DNA of 64,000 bases from Lepidodermella squamata (GCA_047495785.1 JBLDXI010000007.1:620001-684000); one strand, 5' to 3'; positions 50,143 to 63,229 are shown, numbered from the stretch's first letter. Translations and numbers: made by a program. Notes: generated by a model not told the origin, from the sequence alone.

Positions 50143-52431
50143 TCATCTATGATTCATTGCGTCAAGAAGCGACGAAAAGTATGCGCTAAGCAAGGCTGGG
50201 TCGCGATCGACTGCTGCGTTCAGCAAGAATGGGTGCTCCAGCAATTTGTCATACTTAGGCCGGCCTTCGTAATTTTTTGTCAGGCACCAATTCACGAAAT
50301 CGACCATTTGCTGCGATCGGCGACCTTCGATTGGGTTAAGTTGAGGGGCAGGCCCTTCCAGCACGGTTTTCATTTGGTCAAATGGATTCTTCCATTCTGG
50401 GTAAGGATAACTGCCCGTCGCGATTTCGTAAAGCGAGATACCGAGAGCCCATACATCAGCTCGAACATCGAAAGCACCCCCGAGTTTACTAACAATGTCT
50501 GGATCAATACGCTCGGGCTAAAAGAATGATTAGAATTAATTAGTACCTAAATGGAGCATTTCTCATAATCTTACCGCCATGTAATAATTGCAACCAGCAT
50601 CACGAGAAGTAACAATACTATCGATAAGTCGACCCGAAATGCCGAAATCGCAAAGCTTGATGTCGCCCTTGCGATTAAGGAGAATATTTGGTGGCTTTAC
50701 ATCTCTGTGCATAATTTGAATTTGCTTGAGATATTGCAAAGCCCGAACTATGCAATAAGCTATTTGAGCAAAGATGTTTTCAGGAACAAAATCTTTCTGC
50801 TTGTCGTAAATAAAGTGATAGAAACTGTCAAAGTCCAAGTCCATCAGCTCCATGCAAATCCAACAATCTCCCTGAAATAAAATATAAATATTATAGAAAA
50901 TAAACTTAATAGTACAACCAATTACCTCATAGAACAAAGTTCCGTAGAACTCGACGATGAACTCGCAATTTTTACCATGGTTATTCGCATTATAAACTTG
51001 ATCTTTTACGAGGAGTTCGCGATGATCCTTATGATCCATGGTCGAACGGATTCGCTTAACAGCAATCATACGACCGGATGGTTTGTGAAGCATCTTACAT
51101 ACGACACCAAATTGACCGTTGCCGATCTGACCTTTGTCTTCCAAGTCATTTACTGTGAAGTTATCATATCTTTCAGATTCAGAGAACCGAATTGTTCCTT
51201 TCTGATTTGAAGCAGCCGGAACTTTGCTGAAAAATAATACTGTGTTTTAGAAATATTGTCTTCACATTGAAGCATACTTTTGTATCACAACCTGCTGCTC
51301 GATATTCATGAAATCGAATCTCTGCCCGGGCCTCCTCCCACGTCCGCTGCCACCTGAAAAATTGTTTTCTCATGAAAAGTTCAATCAAATATGCATTAAA
51401 CTTACTCATTGGGAAAGGCACAGAGATGTAGACAATACTTAAAAACGATCCCTAAAAAGCACTTTCAAGGTTATCAAGGCTTCAGTATAGCGAGATAATT
51501 AAAAGATCAGCGCTCTAATATTCATACCAATCATTAATCAGTGGCAAGTGGCAATTCGCTGTTAAAGTATACTACTAAATCAAGTGTGAATGTTCCAGGT
51601 GGAATGCCAATTTTCCATTTTCCGCATTCAGACGAGTAGAGCCTCTCCACATACTTCGCTCCGATGGGCTCAAAAAGTTGTGGCGAAATCAGAAATCATG
51701 CTACCCTTTGCCCTTTGCCATTCAGCTCTCAAGTAAACCGAAAAGGAAACGAATCGTTGATGTATGCAAATCGCGCAGCTCTTTCGAGTCGGTCGATAAT
51801 CTCGTCAAGACAATATAAAACTTCAAACGCTTAGCTCAAACCTCTCGAAGTCTTGAGGCTGTGAGCGACGCTCTGTCGCTATTTTGCTGCCGCTCGCGCT
51901 ACAATGCAAACTACTTACTACAGATGCTTAATTAATCCAATGAGTTGAGAAAAGACCAAGTACCAAGTACAAAAAACTAAGGACGTAGTCAGAAGCCAAC
52001 CAAGCCAAACAAGGGTGGAAAGAAGAAAAATGGACGGCCAGGACCCAGGAAAAAAGATTCAACAAGATGAAACTCTTTCAAAAAATATATAAAAGAAATT
52101 ACCAATGCTGACAAATTCTATATTTAAAATAATATATACATTTTATGTCGTTATGATGGCATTATTTGTCAAAAATTAATGAAATCGACTAAAAGATTCA
52201 AAATTTTCCCTCCAAAAATCACCGTTCAGTTGTTATTGGACTTGCAAGTTGACCTGTGGCTTAGGTGGTCGGCGCTCAGGGCTCGGGGGCTCGGATAAGC
52301 TTTGTGCCTAAATTACGCTGTGATGGAAAGTCGAAAGAAAAAATAACTATTGATTAGCAGCCGTTTGCGCTATCTCTCACGCTTATAAGTTCATTTCATA
52401 CCAGTTGCAGTTGGCTTTCCATTTTCGACAT
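50143..52431 (-). CDS. MAP2K4: MAP kinase kinase 4 (SEK1/MKK4); 5' exons uncertain
   Basis: IAVKRIRSTMD, FYGTLF.EGDCWICMELMD, HRDVKPPNILL, LCDFGISGRLIDSIVTSRDAGC.YYMAPERIDP. Confidence 0.88.
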
Positions 52432-52732
52432 TCGATCATCGTCACTTTCGATACAGTCTCAATTAGTTCTATTTTTGAAGACTCCAAGTATTATCTCCTC
52501 TACGTTCTAGGGGTAACTTCCTCTTGATGTAGAACAGCCATGTGTAAAAGCTTATCGAATACTATTCATAGCAAGTTATATATCCATTAACTACGACGCG
52601 GCTGGTTACACAATCTCCTATTGTTGCTTTAATTAATAGCTTTTGTCTTCCGTTGAAAGATGAGCAATTGATCAAGTTTTCAACTATATTCTATATTCTA
52701 TATTCATTTATTAGGATTCTTGCATTTCGAAA

Positions 52733-53732
52733 ATGTTGTCGCAATCTGCATTGCCTGTAACATTGGATCAATTTCTTGGAAGTCTTGATTCTTTACCCAC
52801 AGAGATCAAACAGAACTTGGGTACAATGCAGACTCTGGATGAGAGAACTCAGCGACTGGTTAAAGAAGCTGACGATATGACCTCTGAATATATACGACAT
52901 GCAAAACAGTTGTCGAAAGCCAGTAGGAAGGAAGCTACTTCTGCGATTAGACGCTTATATGAGCAATGCTGCTCCCTTGCAGATGAAAAAGTTAATTTGG
53001 CCAATCAAGCGTATGAACTTGTTGACGGTCACATCCGAAGACTCGACGAAACCCTGGCTAGATTTGAGGCTGATTTCCGATCAAACGTCGCTAACTATCA
53101 AAGCGTACCTGGAAGCAAGCCCACTGCTTTACTTTCGGAAGCAACTTCTAACAACGCTACTGCAGTCACCAAGAAACGAAAACAAGAATCTCTCACTCCC
53201 AACATCAGCAAGAAAAAGTCGAAAGGAGAAGCCGAAACGCCGGGTGCGAGCAAAATAAAAAAAGCTGCACAAGAAGCTACTGTGCCAACTGAGCCCACTG
53301 TGCCTGTTCCTTCACAATGGGCCTCCTTAATGCAGCAAGCCACTGCAGGGTTGGACCCCGCTGGCTTGCCACCCGGCGGCCAGAGCAATTATCAGCAATC
53401 TGGTGATGTATCGATGGATCCTGTTCTGGACATGCCTGTTGACCCCAACGAGGTAACCACGTCTACGATTAATCGCCAGTATTGTTATATTCTAGCAATT
53501 TTTTCAGCCGACTTACTGCATCTGTCACCATGTTTCTTATGGTGAAATGATCGGCTGTGACAATCCCGACTGCCCTATCGAGTGGTTTCATTTCGGCTGT
53601 TTGGGCCTTACCGAGCAACCAAGTGGCGAATGGTTTTGTCCCCGGTGCGCTCCGTTAATGGAGCAAGCTGGTGCTCAGCGAGCTGCCAGTGCTGGCGGTA
53701 AAAAGCGCAAAGCGCCCGCTGGAAAGAAATGA
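52733..53732 (+). CDS. ING4: Inhibitor of growth protein ING4/ING5 (exons 52733-53452, 53508-53732)
   Basis: [22 protein letters not shown]; [10 protein letters not shown]|[34 protein letters not shown] finger. Confidence 0.9.
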
Positions 53733-53862
53733 TAATTTTTCTGAATTGTTTGGTTATCTTTTTTTCACAATGTCTAATAAAGTGACTTCTCGGTGTTTTA
53801 CGTATTCTCAAAAATAATTTTTTGTACTCTAGAAATTTTAGGCCTCTTTTAGTAATTTTAGT

Positions 53863-56394
53863 ATGTTTCTTCCTCCCTCTCGAGGATCAGCAGAATCTAC
53901 ATCTGTTCAAGAAGCCTACGAGCAAGTTGAGGTAGCGAATGATTTCTTTTCCAATGGCGATTACAAGCAAGCAATTACATATTACGAATCTGCTGTACCG
54001 GTTTTAAGGTAAACTATTTTCTCCTCCAATCAGGATTATTTTATTATGGAATTTAGGGATGTCGATGATGAATATGTTTTGCGTTGCGAGTATTGCATGG
54101 CTATTTGTTACGAATACCTGGGGCGGCTAGATGAAGCAATTTCTTTTTCTCTCAAAGTCGATGCTCTCAATCGGCAATACGATCCGATGATACTAAACCA
54201 GGTAATTTCAAAATAATTTGAAGAGCTTAGATTCTAATATTTTTATTCAATGTAGGCCGAGTTAGCTGACCTTTTTCGTAATCTGGGGCGGCTATATTTT
54301 AAAAAGTGGAAGCGCTTGAAGAAAGATAACCCAAATTCGTTCGACGCCGATTTGTGTTTGGAGGACGTGAAGCTGTATTTAAACCAGTATCTCAGGCTGT
54401 GCCAAAACGGTGGCGATTTGTTGCGACTTCTTGATGCCTACTACCGTTTTGCTGATTTTTACTTCTCAACCTGCGACTATCAGTCGGCACTTTGCCATTT
54501 CAACTATTCGCTACAACTCGCTCAACGCCTCCATAAAGAAGCGACAGAATTGCTGTGCTCTACTTGTATAGCGAACTGCTTAGTTGCTATGGGTCGATTG
54601 CAGGAAGCGATCGACACTTACAAGGCGACGTTGGACTTTGCGATGAAAATCCAAGCCGGGAAAAGTATTCAAGCCCAGTGCACGTATCGCCTAGGATGCG
54701 CGCTTTTAGTCACGCAGCGTTACTCTGACGCGATTCTTTACTTTCTCGCGCACGAACGGATCGCAACCGATTTGAATGATCTCGACGGCCGGCTGCATTC
54801 GCTAGATCGGCTGATATCGGCCTACCGCGAAATCGGCGACTATGCCGAGGCGAATAAATATTCGCAGCACAAGGACTTCCTGTTATCGAAGTACAACGAC
54901 TCAGGAATGACCCATGAAACAACTTCGTTCAGCGTCGATCAAACGCTTCGTTCGAATATTTCGGCGGTCGAGCAACCGTCGCAGCTGTCGGGAATGCATG
55001 TTCCTGTATCGGACTCTTTCGATAATTTGATTTCTCGAACCTTCGACAGCGGACAGGGTGTTTCAGGGCAGGAGCCTAATTCATGCCAGAAGGAAGAGCC
55101 GGTTCAAAACGCGTACAGTTTCGCGTTTATCGATGAAGGCGCGTCGCGCGGGCCGTCGCAAGCTGCTGAATTGAAGCCAGAAGAGAAGGCGGAAAGCCCT
55201 GTTGAAATACCTGCAGCGGTAGTGGCGGAAGATGAGGGTGAGGTTGAAATCGGAGCGCCTGAGCCTGCTAAAATAAATGACGAGAATGCCGCGCCCGGGA
55301 AACTGCCGGCAGTGACGATGAAACCCCCACCTCCTGTTGTGAGTCATCATAGTCATAAAGAAGATGCGAAAAAACCGTCGAAAAATCAACATAAAAAGCA
55401 TCATGTGAAGCGAGAAGCGAAAACGCTGCCGCCGGAAGACACCGATTTTTTCGACATGTTAACGCGAGCAACAACGCGGCGGCTTGATGACCAGCGAGCG
55501 CAGTTGAAGCCGTTGAAAGCGCCTGCTGTTGACGACACGACTTCTTCCGTTTTGGCAGCCGTCGACGTGGTAAATTACTAATTTTCAGGTTTATTTATGT
55601 GTTTTAGCGAAATTTGATGCGCGCGTCTTTAACCTACGCATCTTTGCGGCTTCCGTCTTGCGCATATCGTCATTGCATTAGCATGATGAAGCCACGCAGA
55701 TTGATATTAAATTTCACTCCCGCGCGTTCTTCGCTTAAAACTTCGACTCAATCAACTCTCGTCAGCCTGCACTTTTCTATCTGCTTTGCTTTTACAAACC
55801 GTCAAAACGCCGTTGAAAATTTGCGCTCGCTACTTGACAGCCATCCTCATGAGGCTGTTCAGTCCGTCCCCGTTGGAAAAGTACAAGCCAACGGTGACTG
55901 ATATTAAGTTGGGTGCTGATTTTAAGGATTGCTTCTATCAGAAAAAACACCATCATCACCACCATCACCACCGAAATCATGTATTTATTTGAAAAATCCT
56001 CCTTATTAATATTTTACAATTTTTTTCCTAATTCTAGCACAATGGCAAAAAGCACCATTCGTTGGAAGAGCCAGTTTCGAGTCAAAGCTCGCATCAATCG
56101 ATAACGAGGACTCAATCCGGAGCTGCCGCGGCTGATGATCTATTCCAGATGGTGTGTAAAGCTCAAGCTCGTCGTTTGGATGACCAACGAGCGGTTTTAC
56201 GCCCGATTCCACTGCCTCAACCTGTCGCTGGCTTCAGCCCTGATATTCAAACGCTGAAAAGCAGCGGCGGAAACGGCCCGGCAGTTCGCTACACGAAGCA
56301 GCCGGGCAACACGAGTCCGACCTCGGTTTCGCTCAACCAGCCACCTAAATCGTCGTCGAAAGCCCGGCGGTTTTTATCTCAGCTCATGAAATAG
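53863..56394 (+). CDS. TPR + GoLoco protein (Pins/LGN/AGS3, GPSM-like), divergent
   Basis: N-terminal TPR-like repeats; two GoLoco motifs, DFFDMLTRATTRRLDDQR and DLFQMVCKAQARRLDDQR. Exons ~53863-54008, 54058-54201, 54257-55569, 56038-56394, plus possible small exons. Confidence 0.8.
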
Positions 56395-57011
56395 CACCAA
56401 AGACTTGATCTATAAAACGTCATCTTCTGTAACCCGATGAATTTTGTGTGTGATTTTTTTTCTGTTTTTTTTCTACAGGTCAACTACTGGTTGCGTTTCA
56501 TCACCAATGTCTAGCGCGTAATTATTGTACCTTCACTAATAATCGATTGCTTATTCACATATTATTATATTATTATTATTATATTACCTGCTCGGAGACT
56601 GCATGGTTTTTACTTACGCTTTTTACCTATATAATATGATATTATACTCTCACTTTTGCTGTAACATTGTTGGCCTTTGTTTTGTTCACGCATCAGTCCA
56701 AAAATAATGAGGAAGTGGCAATTTGAGAAAAAAAACACGAATAATCATGCTGCTTTCATAAATCTCGACACAATTTTAAGTTACTTTCGTCGTCGTCGTT
56801 CATGTTCCGCGAGTATTTAAGGTGGAGCGATGATATGATTTGTTATTTGTTTGCTTCAAATTGCTTTCATGCGCAACCTACATGATATTAGCATGTGTAC
56901 TTAACTCGAACGAATCTGTTTTCGATTTCGAAGGCGATTTCTGAGTTTTATATATATAAACGCTGAAAATAAAAGGTATAAAATGCTACCCGGTTCAAGT
57001 GCTTTATTTCA

Positions 57012-59184
57012 TCAAGAAGCGAACATTTGAAGTAATAACACGATGACTAATGACGGGCCTAACATGTAGCTGTTATTTCCAGTGTTACCGGTCATTGCTA
57101 GGGGCACGCCTTGTTGAGTTTTCGGGCAAATCGCGGCCATTCGATCGGATAAATCCCCAGGTGGGCCGCGGATTCCTGCGGCACAAGCCATGGCCCAGGC
57201 AATGTATGACTGCTCGAAAGTTCCAGATAATAACTCGGAGTGAAGGCCGTTAGAATGAACGGGAACGTCCTCGCCTCCATGGGTTTCGTGTTCCAAGGGA
57301 ACTGAAAAAATAGAAATTTTAAATCGACTCAATCAGATCACTGAATTTACCTTTTGCCTGCTGCTTATAGCCAGTTTCAGTTGCATTAGCTGGAGAAATA
57401 TCAGCTCTGGCGCCTTCGAACGGAGCTTTAGGTCCGACCAGCCTCGCCCCCGGTCCATTTGCATATATAACCGACGTGAACGTTTTGTTGTCTGAAGCCA
57501 AGCCCAAGCTGAGGCCCAAAATGCTGTCACTATGACGTAAGTACCCGCCGAAAGAGAACGTGTGAGAATGATCCGCAGTTAGCACAATCAGTGTTTCACT
57601 CAAATCGACCATAGATAAAACTTTCTCCATGGCCAGGTCGAATTCCAAGCCCTCAGTCAACGCATACCGCGCGATACCTTGATGGTGGCCATGATCTATT
57701 CTTCCACTGATTAATTATTTAAAAAATTATAGATTAAGAAGTTTCGTAACAACCATACCCTTCGACAAATAGGAAATATCCATCTGGATCCAAGCTGAGA
57801 ATTTTGATCGCAGCTTCAGCCATCTCAGCGAGTCTAGGCTGGGATTTAGGCGGCTTGTTATCAATAAACTCCATCATTTCGGGTGAAAATAGACCCAGTA
57901 AATAATCGACATTCTCGGGGTCGACTTTCATCAGTTCTTGAAGGCTGGACACGAATTCGGCGCGTAAGCCTCCTTGAGATCGATCTGCTTTCCATTCCTG
58001 TAGTTGATTCGTAGATTCAAGGAAAAGAGTAGATATCTAAATTACCGAAATAAGGTTCCGGCCATCTGTCCTGAGCCCTTGGCCAGTTTCGTTTGAAATA
58101 AAATGAGACAAACCCCCTCCCATAGCCACCTTAATATGCCTGCCACCGGTAAGGAATTGCTGAGCTATGTCGACACAATTAGGATGAGATTTATGAAAAT
58201 CGAACTGAAAATCAAAACAGAGTTGGAAATCCATCCTCGAAAAATCAACCAGTACTTTTTTGGTGCTGTTATATTCAAAGCGCCGCAAAGGTCCAGGAAG
58301 GTTGGCATACAGAGGAGAAGGCGAGGCATGAGTTATGGTTGTCGTTGTAACAAATCCGGTCGATTTCCCGCTCTGATAGGCCCAGTGGGCAATCGAAGAA
58401 ACTTTGCCCTTGTCCGACTCTTAAATATAGTTAAATTTCGTCTTGATTTGACTTCAATTATTGAACCAATATTATACCGCATTTCAAGTCTGCACTCCCG
58501 TCAGTTCCGACAAAGCCAAAACGAGTCTTGACTCCTGAGAGGTAGGCTGTAGCAGCTCCAGCACTGTCTGAATCATCCGTAAATCAATTGATGAGACTAC
58601 GCTCGACTCCTTACTCATACCTGCTATCACATTGTCAAGCTGATACGTCTGCATTTTTAAATTAGCTTAAGGTGAATTCGATGCAATATAAGGATTGTAT
58701 ACCTTCGAGTAGCCAGAGTAAGGGAAGGAATCCCAAGACAGCTCGGCTTCGTAAAACGCCAAATTTTCAGTGTCCTTCTTGAATTTCCGAAGCGCGGCTA
58801 CACTTGAGACTCCAAAACCGTCGCCCATAAACATGATCTGTCAACAAAAGTATAAAACAGGCATAGATAAATCAAGTACTCGATTACAATATTTTTAGCA
58901 GGCCGGCCATTTTTGTAGTTTCCAAGATTAGCCAGGTGCTTTATGCGTTTTTCCAGGGCTTCGACACCTTTCTGTTGCCAATATTTAGCATTGAGAAATT
59001 CTCCAAGCTCAGGGTCAAATTCCGGCATGAAATTGAACCCTTTACCCGGTCCTTCTATAGAAGAGAAAGCCAAAAGGAAATTATGGGCAAAAAGGAAGAA
59101 CAAACTGTTTCCGAGTGGTTCCACGTGAACTGTTACAATCAGCTGGGAAAATAAAATGGCAAAAAATAAGATGTTAGGTTTCAT
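57012..59184 (-). CDS. GPI-anchored alkaline phosphatase (multi-exon)
   Basis: Signal peptide; AKNI.MFMGDG; spliced active site VIADSAGAATAYLSGVKT; THASP; FLFVEGGRIDHGHH; VLTADHSH; ETHGGEDV; hydrophobic C-terminus. Confidence 0.93.
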
Positions 59185-59839
59185 TTGGGAAAGGTAAATT
59201 TCTAATATGAGGAATCTTTCCAAGCTCCACCAAGCCTTGTAGGAAGACACTGCCACCTGCTGCGCCTCAGGGCGTCCAGATGCTATCTTCAATCCTTCAT
59301 TTTTGACGCCATTCCAGCCTCTCTTTTACGGATAAATTAATGAAAGGTTAGGCTTGCTTCCTTTTCGCGCTCAATAATGTGCCTTATACACGGCTCCCAT
59401 TTCACTTCCCTTCATTCAAGTGCACTGAGAGAGGTGTTTTTCACGCTACTCAGTAGCCCATTTGACGCCATTAGTGCAAAAATCAACACCGTCCTTTTCC
59501 TTCCTTTTGCCAACCGTATAAAATTAGGCTTTCACTTTATTTTGTACGATAATAAATGTGTAATAATGAGTTAAATGGTGAGCGCTGCGTAAACCTGAGT
59601 GAGTGTAGCACAATTAGGAGAAGCGCAACAAGCGCTAAAAAGTCAGCACCTGTGCGAGTGTAGCACCACCCGGTGTTATGTAGCAAATCTGAAGTACCGT
59701 AACAAAAACAATCTGAGTGAACGTAGCAAGTCGAAAAAGTTTTAATTACACAATATTTAAAATATTAATTTAAATTATTCAAACAAAATTGAATTGTGAA
59801 GCGTACGGTTTGATGGTATAGCGAAATCATTAGATTAAG

Positions 59840-60072
59840 ATTGTAACTTCTTTAATACGCCAGAACGTCACCTCCGACATGTTTCGGCTTTATTAGGCCA
59901 TCTTCAGGGTCTAACAACAAATTTGTATTCTCAATATACTGTTCCAATGCAAGCGTTAAGGCAAGTATTACCTGCTTTCGTCACTAATCATGATTAGGTC
60001 GTCACTAATCATGGCCTAATAAAGCCGAAACATGTCGGAGGTGACGTTCTGGCGTATTAAAGAAGTTACAAT
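59840..60072 (-). mobile_element. Penelope-like element remnant: inverted pseudo-LTR pair (62-bp perfect inverted repeat)
   Basis: 59840-59901 is the exact reverse complement of 60011-60072. The left arm carries a full hammerhead core and the right arm is truncated at the core, which is the typical inverted 5'-truncated PLE layout. Confidence 0.75.
59867..59915 (-). ncRNA. Minimal type I hammerhead ribozyme
   Basis: Minus strand reads GTTAGACC-CTGAAGA-TGGC-CTAATAAA-GCC-GAAAC-AT-GTC-GGAGGTGAC. It has the CUGAnGA core, stem II GGC/GCC, GAAA, palindromic stem III ACATGT and a GUC cleavage triplet. Confidence 0.8.
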
Positions 60073-60599
60073 GGACCGCACGTGAATTGACCGCAAATTT
60101 CATAAAAATGGGATTTTGGTGAAAATTGCGGTCCAATATACGTTTTTTAGCTGCGGTCCACAGTGAAGACTGGTTTCCATGATAATCATCGCCAAAAATT
60201 TTATCTCAAAATAAGCGACCGGTGGACAGGTGAAAAATATGAATATTATGCATTAACCTTGGACCGCGCGAAAGTGGTCCGCTAACTTCACGCGCATTTT
60301 ATTTAGGTATTTTTATATACTCTTGCTTTTTATTTCTGCTACGTTCACTCTACAGCGCAACTCACTTTTCTGCTACGCTCGCTCAGCCACCATTTTGTAA
60401 TAGATAAGAAACTTTCGTAAAAACTTCGCAAAATGATAAGAAACATTTTTACCTCTAAACATATTTCACTTCCGACCCATAGTTCAAGTTAAAATCATTA
60501 CCAGTTATCAAAAGGTTTCAAGTGTTTTATTTACAGAGGGGGCCTTTACAAGATGAAAACCTCGAAGAGCTCAAGGCAACAAAACAAAGAAAATATATG

Positions 60600-61821
60600 T
60601 TATTTCAAAAGATCCATTAATTTTTCTCGTGGTGGTAATTTGATTAGGTTGTGCCGAATAACTAGCCCGATTGCCGGAGTAGCAGGAACAAGAAAATATT
60701 CTTCATTCTGAAACACCTCGCGCAAGACCTTATCCGGATCCGGGCGCTTCACATTTTCTGGCAGGGACCCAGACGCTACTTTCAACGTGCTTTCATCCAG
60801 CAGCTTCAGAATTTCCCTTGTCTGAGGATACATTCGCTTGGCATTGTCCACGGTCTTGATTGCCTTTTTAATCTCACCCTCAAACGCCTTCCAAACGATA
60901 TCTTGTAGCGTCTTCTTCCCAGTCTCTGTCAATTTGCCATCGTTTTTCCTTAAAGACGCATTACCAAGCGTCATCGGTTGAAAATCTTCAGAGATTTCCA
61001 AGTATTTGCGTGGAAAACCTCCCAGCACTGACCATGCTGCTGTTTTCAATTCCACCGCCTCTAGGTCGGCGCGCAAATTTTGCAGTTCAGGAATTTTCCA
61101 CAGTTCATCTTCTTTCAGTGGCTCAATATCCAGCACATACTCTCGTCCAGTTTGCAAGAGTCCTGGGTCGAGTGCGTTGGGAGAGCCGTCGATAAGGACA
61201 TGAAATCCATAGGTCTGTGTCAGAGCTCGAATTGCACCAGTTAACTCAGCATAATCACCCTTTCCTCCTAGTCGCCTTTCGCTAGCACGAATCACAAGTA
61301 ATGGGGACATTCGGTAAGCAGTGAAGAGCTTGAAGAAGAACAAGACACGCCGAGCACTCGCTTCTGTTTTGACAAATGACGAGTCATCTTTTGAAACTGC
61401 AGACAAAGCTTTATTGACGACGCTGTCCTGCGCGATACCCGGTGGAATCTAGAAATAGGAATCAATAATAGTTAAGAATAGTACAAGTCACATTGTTTCG
61501 AATTGGACTTACTTCGCACTCTGCGACGCCGTATCTTCCGGAAGTAAATGTGTCGACCAAGCATGATTTTCCAACTAGTTTTGGACCAGTGATTACAATA
61601 TAGCGTTGATCCATCCACTTCAGATTTCGAAGAATTTGAAGTTCTGTTTCTCTAACGGATACAGGAGACTGCTGCCGAAATCTTGAACCGAAAATTAGCT
61701 TGACTGCACGGTAAGCACCAGCGCGCCTGGCGACGAGAATACCCAAGCCTGCGCCTCCGATCCCAATGGTTTTAATGTCTACATAGAGCTTAACGAGCTC
61801 AACAATATCCTGGAAGACCAT
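60600..61821 (-). CDS. Uncharacterised P-loop ATPase (Tuzin-like), 385 aa, exons 61821-61513 and 61448-60600
   Basis: N-terminal hydrophobic segment, Walker A YIVITGPKLVGKS, then PLLVIRASER, HVLIDGS and WSVLGGFPR. In-phase 64-nt GTAAGT..TAG intron. Confidence 0.7.
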
Positions 61822-63229
61822 GCTAACAATATAACAATAGTTGTTCTAGATAGCAAAGATAAAGGGGAAATAGATGAGACATCAGTGTCTTAATTAGGTA
61901 AATAAGAAATACTTAGAAGAAAAGCCTTTTTATCAAAATTAAATGCAAGAGCGAACAGGTTCTTATCTCATGTGTGTAATTATAGAATGTTCCTATCATT
62001 CCTGATAACAATCAGAATTGTCTTTTCTTTCCTAACATTTCTACATAAACTACGTGTTAAATCAACTATTGCAACCACAGCAGCAATCCACACATTTTTT
62101 TACAAAAGTTTTATAAATAGAAATGAATGTAGGAAGACGTTCATTAAATATGCATTACAGCTTCAACTAATAAAGGTGCGATCACAAAGGAAAAATTATA
62201 TCACATTTAATTTATATGGATAATATAGATTTTACATCATTGATTAGGTATTAATGTATTTGCTTTACCGAGGAAGAACTCATGGATCAGTTACCAACAA
62301 CACTGTTTGTGGATAGCATTAGAGAAAAAAATATTGGGCATGGCATTTAACAGAGATACTTTGTTCATAACTCATAACATATTGCCTAAACTGCAGGAAC
62401 TATCAGAGAAGGAACTACGCTTAATGGAAAAACTGAAGGTATGGCAATATAGAGATAAGGTAAATATTGGAGGGCAACCTTGGAACAAAATCACCACTAG
62501 TCAGATGATTCATGGTTTGTTTCTACCGAAGAATTCCTGAAACGTCTTCAAGAAGTTTTGAGGATGGTACTAATCGCGAATTTTGCTACATTGGGGGAAC
62601 AACAGGGATACATTAGGGATACTTGAAAGATAAGCATAACAGTTTGATGCAAAAGCTAGAAGCATCCAGCTAAACATTGTAGGCGATGTTTGCAGGGTCG
62701 AAGTCCGTTTATATTTACTGCTCCGATGGTGTGGTGGTGAGGTGGTGAAATTTGTTGTGGTAGTAGTTTTTGCAAATATTTTTCATTCATCTCCATCTAA
62801 TAAATCAGCAAAAAAATAACCGACCTCACGACTGCACCACCATCACCACATAGCAAGCGAAGAAAAAGCGCGACTGTGATTCAGAGAGCGATACCGATTT
62901 ATTGGTGGTCTGCGTTACATAATTATTAGTAACATTGCCTTCAAGACACAGAGATACGAATTAATTAATTTCAGTATAGATGATATTTCTTAATAATAAG
63001 TATTGGTTAGTTATCGTTGGTTGGAGTTTACTATGCAAAACACCACCTAAAATTAAGGAGGGGTATTCTATAATCCACCCTACAAAACTCTACGTCGCTC
63101 AATCGACACCAGAGACATCTGGAGAGCTTTTAATTCGTAAGTATTAAGGACATAAATCCTGCATAAAAATGCTGTAAGTAGATGATTTCCTTATGAGTAA
63201 AATGGATTGGTTCTTTTCTGTTCTTTAAA

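Larger units (their letters stand above)
59573..60395. mobile_element. Degenerate TIR element hosting a nested Penelope-type insertion
   Basis: AAATGGTG.../...CACCATTT ends. GAGTGA(G/A)(T/C)GTAGCA subterminal repeats on the left have reverse complements (TGCTACGTTCACTC, TGCTACGCTCGCTC) on the right. Confidence 0.55.

Noticed and set aside
61900-63200. AT-rich region with short ORFs and weak GTG/CAC inverted tracts
   Set aside because: Probably decayed repeats; no assignable motif or convincing termini.
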